The notes below the pieces were generated by a model. That model saw only the letters and a program-made list of their open reading frames with translations, made no database searches and had not been told where the DNA came from. Below are positions 58,623-64,000 of a stretch of DNA of 64,000 nucleotides, piece by piece. The stretch lies in sequence record HQ630627.1. The stretch is one strand, 5' to 3'. Origin of the DNA: Pseudomonas phage PhiPA3. The position numbers and the translations under genes are program-made. Numbering within the stretch: the first letter of the stretch is position 1; each line of letters opens with the position of its first letter.

Positions 58623-58655
58623 GCCCGCCCCGAAAGGAGCGGGCTTTATGCCGTC
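58623..58655 (+). terminator. hairpin GCCCGCCCC-GAAA-GGAGCGGGC + TTTATGCCGTC
   Basis: same hairpin as 16082 unit. Confidence 0.55.
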
Positions 58656-58680
58656 AAGGCCAGTGTAAAAAATCTCACAT

Positions 58681-58702
58681 CTATATTACGTTGGTGATAA
58701 GC
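58681..58702 (+). promoter_or_regulatory. third early-promoter-like box CTATATTACGTTGGTGATAAGC
   Basis: matches 40733/41893 boxes at CTATATTAC and GTGATA. Confidence 0.4.
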
Positions 58703-58732
58703 GTTTTAAATATTTAAATACGGAGTTAAATC

Positions 58733-59266
58733 ATGGGCTTCTTTAGCCGATACGGTCAATGCGTAGAACGGGCTTTGCATGAGGCCCAGTGTAACCCAGG
58801 TGATATCATTATTAAATTACCTGAAACTGAAATGGAGGATGCCATTAAGAACCTGATAGACCAATCACAGAAAGAAACTACTGAGGCGTGTAATGGGATG
58901 CAAGCCCAAAAACCCCAACCTCAACAAGCACACAACCATCCACCGAAGGGTGGGTATATGCCCCCTAAAACAGATCCGTTTGAGTTGCAGATGATAGCTG
59001 CATTCGGCGGTCGTTTTCAAGAGGAGTACCCTCATGGAAAACAGCCAAAGCGCAGCCCCGGACAAAAAGTACGTGGAGCTGCGCGTGATGGGGAAGAGTA
59101 TCGGAACGTTCGAGGTCCGAGCAAAAAAGAAAAGAAATCCCAACGTCGAACCGCCAAAAGAAACTGCGAGTCCAACTCAGCAGTAACAAATAAAGGACGA
59201 GTTGTTGGGATGGTTCTGGAAGGGGTAGTATTCAATGGTGAGTATCAACCGTTCGAACGCCGCTAG
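58733..59266 (+). CDS. hypothetical basic (Lys/Arg/Gln-rich) protein
   Basis: track ORF; RBS ACGGAGTTAAATCATG. Confidence 0.5.
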   Translation: MGFFSRYGQCVERALHEAQCNPGDIIIKLPETEMEDAIKNLIDQSQKETTEACNGMQAQKPQPQQAHNHPPKGGYMPPKTDPFELQMIAAFGGRFQEEYPHGKQPKRSPGQKVRGAARDGEEYRNVRGPSKKEKKSQRRTAKRNCESNSAVTNKGRVVGMVLEGVVFNGEYQPFERR

Positions 59267-60275
59267 ACTGGCAGAGAACGCTAGTACTGATAGCCCATTT
59301 GACCAGAGTTATTTTAGTTATGGTCAGACTAATCCTAACCAAAGCTTCCGTTTCGGCGAAGGTGAGGTTGAACGTAAGGTGCGGTTTATCAATGAGTCGT
59401 TCCATGATCTTAGTATTATTGACGGAACTGGTATGACTCTAGATTTGCCCGCTTCGCGTACAGCCGGATCTCGCCTGGTTGTATGCGTTTCTTACCGATG
59501 GGGCCATCAGGTACAGTTTAATCCAGCCGCCATGCTGAAGCATGCTCCACAGGCAGATGAATTGTACGTTCGTAAAATCACCAGTCTAATCCGTAATACA
59601 GATAACAATAGCCCTAGAGAGCTGGATCTGTATTACGTGGTCGACCTGGGGAGTCTTGATAAGGATCCTTATGGGATCTGGATTGAGCCGTTAAACGTTC
59701 AGGTCGTTATGACCCGTTATTCCAAAACCACGACGTTCTTCACTCAGGATTGTTTCTTCAATCGGAATGATGAACTCTACGAGATGGAAGAACGCGTGTG
59801 GGCAACGACGGTTACTCTAGCTTACTTTGTGGATGACGCTAAGATTGTAGAGAAGGCATATGTGCCTATCGGATCGGACTTGCTCGAAGTCTCTCCAGTC
59901 TATCGTCCGGATGTTCCTCGTGGAATCTATATCAACCTTCGGGGAGATGTAAGTTTTGCGGCAAGCAAAAGTAATCGCCGTTGTCTGCACGTTAAACCAG
60001 AAGAGTTTCAAAAGTACGGCATTTATCGCACGTGCCGGGATTGGGAAGAAGCAGTGAAAGCCAGTGCGAAGGGGCTTAGTAAAGATGGCGTTAAGGCAAT
60101 CATGGATGTCTTCCAGGAAGTCCACGGAATCAAACCTGAGGAAGATAAACCGAAGGCTGCGAGTATCCGTGACATTGTGATCGTCGGGGAATACACGATT
60201 GGTAGTGTACTAGACTTCATGGGCGAATTGGCCAAAGCAGACTCCATACTCGAAAAGCTATTTAAGAAAAGGTAG
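59235..60275 (+). CDS. hypothetical virion protein
   Basis: track ORF; overlaps upstream gene by 32 nt (different frame). Confidence 0.5.
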   Translation: MVSINRSNAARLAENASTDSPFDQSYFSYGQTNPNQSFRFGEGEVERKVRFINESFHDLSIIDGTGMTLDLPASRTAGSRLVVCVSYRWGHQVQFNPAAMLKHAPQADELYVRKITSLIRNTDNNSPRELDLYYVVDLGSLDKDPYGIWIEPLNVQVVMTRYSKTTTFFTQDCFFNRNDELYEMEERVWATTVTLAYFVDDAKIVEKAYVPIGSDLLEVSPVYRPDVPRGIYINLRGDVSFAASKSNRRCLHVKPEEFQKYGIYRTCRDWEEAVKASAKGLSKDGVKAIMDVFQEVHGIKPEEDKPKAASIRDIVIVGEYTIGSVLDFMGELAKADSILEKLFKKR

Positions 60276-60286
60276 GTAGGACCAAG

Positions 60287-61909
60287 ATGGATCCGTTTCT
60301 CAACCAGAGAATCAAAGAAAGGACCCCAGAGTTCAATAAGACCCTTGCCAACGGTCTTGCGATTGAGCACATGATGGGCCTCAATGAGGCTGGGATCAAC
60401 AACACCCGAGCGCTGATTGATAACCTGTTCCAGATCAACTCCGCGCTCTTTCCGGAGGGTTTTAAGTATCACGGTAACGTTGTTGTACGGGCTGAGAAAC
60501 ACTTCGAAGAGATCACACGGGAATACGGTTCGCGGCGCGTTGCCAACATCGCGCCATCGAATCTGTACATGATCGCTTTGAAGACCAGCTTTAAGGGCGA
60601 AGAACTCTTCGATCGCCACATGTTGATACCTTTCGTTGAACAAGGTGGTACGACTGTATTGAACGGGGCGCGTTACGGGATCGCCCCTGTTCTAACTGAT
60701 GTGGGTTACTCAGTTCTGAACAACAGCATCTTCATTCCGTTCCGGCGGGCGAAGTTGACATTCAAACAGAAAGACCACCATTATTTGTGCAACGGTGATT
60801 TGCAGATCATGTACGTGATCTGGTCACAGATCCACAACGAGATGTCGAAGCGAACCAAGCGAGATCTGGACAATCGCCAATACATCGAGTCGTGCCTGGC
60901 ACATTACTTCTTCTGTGAATTCGGTCTGATTGAGACCTTCAAACGTTGGGGTAATGCAGATCTGCAAATCGGGTATCTCAAGGATTTCCCTGAGAGCCAA
61001 TACCCACGTGACCAATGGTGCGTCTACGAGTCAGCGTTCCTGACGGGTAAACATCCCACTGGTGACATGGTTCTGGTTATCCCACGTCATCAGGAAACTG
61101 ATTTCGTGAAACGCTTGGTAGCTGGTTTCTGGTATGTGGTCGACACGTTCCCCAGTCGGTTCTATGAGCCGAGCTATCTGGATAACAAATCGATCTGGCG
61201 TATCATCCTCGGCTTGATGATCTTTGGTGACTTTGAACACCAGGGTAAACTGGCTGAGAACATTGATAACCATCTGGATAGTTTTAACAACTCACTGGAT
61301 GAGATGACCATCGAGGAGCTTCGCTCGGTGGATGTCAATGTCAGCACTATCTGGGAACTGTTGTATGCCATCATGACGCACTTGGCACATCACCTGTATG
61401 CCACGGATATCGATGAAACCAGTATGTACAACAAGCGGTTGAGCATCCTGCGTTACGTAATGGATGAGTTCAACTATGCCGTAACCATGTTTGGTTTTAC
61501 GTTCCAAGCCAGACGTGATAAGGATTGGACTGCCCAGGAAATCAACGATGCCCTGAAACGTTCGTTCAAACTCAATACCTGTATTCGCAAACTCACCAGC
61601 GAACACGGGGAGATGGAGACGATCAGTATGCCTGGCGACAATAAGGCTATTAAGATCACCTCTATCTTGGTACCGCAAGATCGTGCTAAGACCAGCAAGG
61701 CGCACAATAAGTCTCTTATTGGCGACTCTACCAGGCTGATCCACGCATCGATTGCGGAGGTCGGCCAATATAAGAACCAACCGAAGAACAACCCGGATGG
61801 TCGTGGCCGACTCAATCTCTTCGTAGGTGTACGATACGATGGGATGATTGAACGGCGCGATGACGATCGGGAATTATTGGACGCCACCCAAAAGCGTTTC
61901 GCCCGTTAA
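60287..61909 (+). CDS. hypothetical virion protein (540 aa)
   Basis: track ORF; RBS AGGTAGGACCAAGATG. Confidence 0.55.
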   Translation: MDPFLNQRIKERTPEFNKTLANGLAIEHMMGLNEAGINNTRALIDNLFQINSALFPEGFKYHGNVVVRAEKHFEEITREYGSRRVANIAPSNLYMIALKTSFKGEELFDRHMLIPFVEQGGTTVLNGARYGIAPVLTDVGYSVLNNSIFIPFRRAKLTFKQKDHHYLCNGDLQIMYVIWSQIHNEMSKRTKRDLDNRQYIESCLAHYFFCEFGLIETFKRWGNADLQIGYLKDFPESQYPRDQWCVYESAFLTGKHPTGDMVLVIPRHQETDFVKRLVAGFWYVVDTFPSRFYEPSYLDNKSIWRIILGLMIFGDFEHQGKLAENIDNHLDSFNNSLDEMTIEELRSVDVNVSTIWELLYAIMTHLAHHLYATDIDETSMYNKRLSILRYVMDEFNYAVTMFGFTFQARRDKDWTAQEINDALKRSFKLNTCIRKLTSEHGEMETISMPGDNKAIKITSILVPQDRAKTSKAHNKSLIGDSTRLIHASIAEVGQYKNQPKNNPDGRGRLNLFVGVRYDGMIERRDDDRELLDATQKRFAR

Positions 61910-61934
61910 CAATTAAGCAATAGGAATACACCAG

Positions 61935-62720
61935 ATGCAAAACATGAACCTTCCCCATTTCTCCCAACTCGGTCTGCCGGTACCATTTCACGGCGTCGAC
62001 CAGAATACCTTCAATGGTAATCTGCCAGCAATGAATGATAAGGTTCCTCCGGTACAACTGTCGCAGTTGATGATGCAGAATCAACAGGCAGTTTATCAAG
62101 TCATTGCGAAGTTTCGCCTCAACGCGCAGATGGCTGTAAACAAAGGCTATCTGCAAATGTTCTGCTACAACCTGTTGTCGCAGAATGGTTTTCAGAATCC
62201 GGTGTATCAACAATGGGCTCAAACTGCGGTGGACTTCTTTGAGTTCCTCGTAGTGGGTAAAGGGTATCAGCCTCAACAAGCGATTGATATGGCTGCACAA
62301 CGTGTCATGGAAGCTTTCATTGGCATGGCGTTCGCTACCTATCAACAGGGTCTGTCGCAGCTGGTGGAACCCTCCCGTATCCCCAGTCTGCAAACAGCAG
62401 TCCAAATCTATCATCAGATCACTGCGGATATCCAACGTTTCAAATCGGGTGGTGGCATGGCAATGAACATGGGGGGTGCTCCCATGGGTGGTGTCAGCAT
62501 GGGTACTCAGCTCCCCCCGATCAGCACTGTCGGCGGCACTCCGATGGGTGGTCTTAGCAATTTCGCTACCAGCAGCGCCCCTGCGTTCAGCAGTCCGCTC
62601 CACTCCATGTCCAACAACACGCCCGCCGCAACCAACACCAATAACACTGGTAGTGCCTTCTACGATGATCCTCCCCCCAGCGAAACCTCTTCAACCTGTA
62701 GAGGAATGGGGTTCTGGTAA
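61935..62720 (+). CDS. hypothetical protein with Gln-rich core and Gly/Met-rich C-terminal tail
   Basis: track ORF; GGGMAMNMGGAPMGGVSMGTQLPPISTVGGTPMGGLSNF low-complexity tail. Confidence 0.5.
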   Translation: MQNMNLPHFSQLGLPVPFHGVDQNTFNGNLPAMNDKVPPVQLSQLMMQNQQAVYQVIAKFRLNAQMAVNKGYLQMFCYNLLSQNGFQNPVYQQWAQTAVDFFEFLVVGKGYQPQQAIDMAAQRVMEAFIGMAFATYQQGLSQLVEPSRIPSLQTAVQIYHQITADIQRFKSGGGMAMNMGGAPMGGVSMGTQLPPISTVGGTPMGGLSNFATSSAPAFSSPLHSMSNNTPAATNTNNTGSAFYDDPPPSETSSTCRGMGFW

Positions 62721-62766
62721 TCAAGCAGGTAACAACCAATACGGCACTTATTCGGAGCCCGCCACA

Positions 62767-64000
62767 ATGCAAAATCAACCCCCGCAACAACCGAATGCAC
62801 CTGTGGTAGAAGAAACGAACCTCCCGATCCCAACGACTGTGAAGGAAGTTCAAATCGATCCGTCGTATTACCAGCCCGCAGGTTCCAAACCGAACTTCGA
62901 GCGTCCGTACGATCTGATCTGGAATCCGGGTGGTATCGAAATTCGTCCGGCCCATCAGACCGATTGGGAACGCACCGTGGGTGATGATACTCCGTACTCG
63001 GAGCTGCATGACCCAGCTAAGTGGTGCCTGTTCTATGTGAAGTTCCCTGATGGCGCCATCAAAGAAGCTTTCAAAGAATGGAATCCTCAGATGGAATACC
63101 TGCGTCACGAACTGAACGATGATCTGCGTCGTCAAACCTATCGTCCCTCCGGCGTGGTCTATGCGAACGATACTCCGGTATCCACCGTTGGTGGTAACCC
63201 CAACAACATGGCAGAAGTTGAGTCCATGGTAAAAGATGGTACCCTGCCGGAAACGGGCGCACGTTCTCCTCTGATCCTTGATCGGAAGCTCTATTTGGGA
63301 GCAACTGAACTGGAAGTGGAGGCCATGGTACGAGCTGATGTTCGTGAAATCCTGGAAGTGGAAGATGTTAATGCTGAACTGCCTGCTTATGAGTACACCA
63401 CTCTGAACATGCACAGCATGGATATTTCTGACGAGCTGTACAATGAACTCGTTGGTATCCTGTCTTCCACTGACATGATTGAGGTGGCTACTCGTCTGAA
63501 GGAACTGGTGCTGCGTGGTAGCCTGTCTATCCGCTACTTCCGTTTCCTGAATGAGCGCCTGACCAAGTGCATCAACGACTACATGGCTGATTCCATGTCC
63601 ATGTCTATCGATATCACTGATTTCTGCCAAGACATCGGTGAGCTGCTCGATTACATCGCCCAGAAGAAAGGTCAGCAGATGCTGAAAATTCTGAAGGATG
63701 GTGGCGCAGCCATTATCGGTAAAGCAGCTACTATGGTTGAAGTCGATGGTGATCGTGGTGTTGCTGATCAACTCGTTACTTTCCAAACGGGCTGGACTCT
63801 GGAACAACTGTCCACTCTGAACATCCTGACTGAGAAAGCGGTGCTGGTTTCTGGCGGTACTCATCCGACCGTTCTGGAAATCCTGCGTGGTATGATCAGT
63901 CGTTCTACTCAACAAGAACGTCTGCTCACCCATCGTCTGCGCATTGCTACTCTGGATGGCGTGTATCTGGAAGTGATCAAAGGTCAGCTGGCTGAACGTG
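62767..64000 (+). CDS. hypothetical virion protein (5' partial in window, runs off end)
   Basis: ATG 62767 (MQNQPPQQPN); open to window end with strong codon bias; minus-strand track ORF 62587..63933 is its shadow. Confidence 0.55.
   Translation, partial: MQNQPPQQPNAPVVEETNLPIPTTVKEVQIDPSYYQPAGSKPNFERPYDLIWNPGGIEIRPAHQTDWERTVGDDTPYSELHDPAKWCLFYVKFPDGAIKEAFKEWNPQMEYLRHELNDDLRRQTYRPSGVVYANDTPVSTVGGNPNNMAEVESMVKDGTLPETGARSPLILDRKLYLGATELEVEAMVRADVREILEVEDVNAELPAYEYTTLNMHSMDISDELYNELVGILSSTDMIEVATRLKELVLRGSLSIRYFRFLNERLTKCINDYMADSMSMSIDITDFCQDIGELLDYIAQKKGQQMLKILKDGGAAIIGKAATMVEVDGDRGVADQLVTFQTGWTLEQLSTLNILTEKAVLVSGGTHPTVLEILRGMISRSTQQERLLTHRLRIATLDGVYLEVIKGQLAER

Noticed and set aside
62587-63933. 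448-aa minus-strand ORF at window end
   Set aside because: Overlaps a better plus-strand ORF (62767 to end) with native codon usage; antisense shadow.
1-64000. tRNA genes, CRISPR repeats, integrase/transposase
   Set aside because: Scanned for T-loop GTTCRANYC contexts, short direct-repeat arrays and recombinase motifs; none seen.

Overview
This window reads as a densely packed segment of a large lytic (jumbo) phage genome. By inference it is phiKZ-like, because it has a split multisubunit RNAP beta-like gene, a 747-aa putative major capsid protein, tandem acidic head-internal paralogs and a TATATTAC-type early promoter box. Layout: 1-5100 is an RNAP beta-C-like gene, a free-standing GIY-YIG homing endonuclease and an acidic protein. 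5165-9889 is a family of four fibre/adhesin-like paralogs sharing an N-terminal module, two with Kelch beta-propellers, one sitting in a visibly AT-rich island. 9937-12709 (minus strand) is a family-B DNA polymerase gene split inside motif A by an ORF-less group I intron and ending abnormally early next to the AT-rich island. 12822-39768 is a virion/structural block, mostly plus strand, including five tandem paralogous acidic inner-body-like proteins, an 853-aa poly-acidic protein and an HExxH protein. 39779-50452 is an early-type cluster of about 35 small genes, many encoding single-TM proteins, preceded by a macro-domain gene and driven by two copies of a CTATATTAC...GTGATATTA box. 50453-51260 is about 0.8 kb non-coding. 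51261-55511 (minus strand) is a replication module whose DnaB-like helicase gene is split by a second, homologous group I intron carrying an HNH homing endonuclease. 55646-64000 is the capsid region. A recurrent signal, a GC-rich hairpin followed immediately by (T)TTATGC(T/C), occurs at least 15 times downstream of genes in the structural and replication regions but not in the early cluster. No tRNA, rRNA, CRISPR array, integrase or transposase was seen. Coordinates of hand-called small genes and motifs may be off by 1-2 nt.
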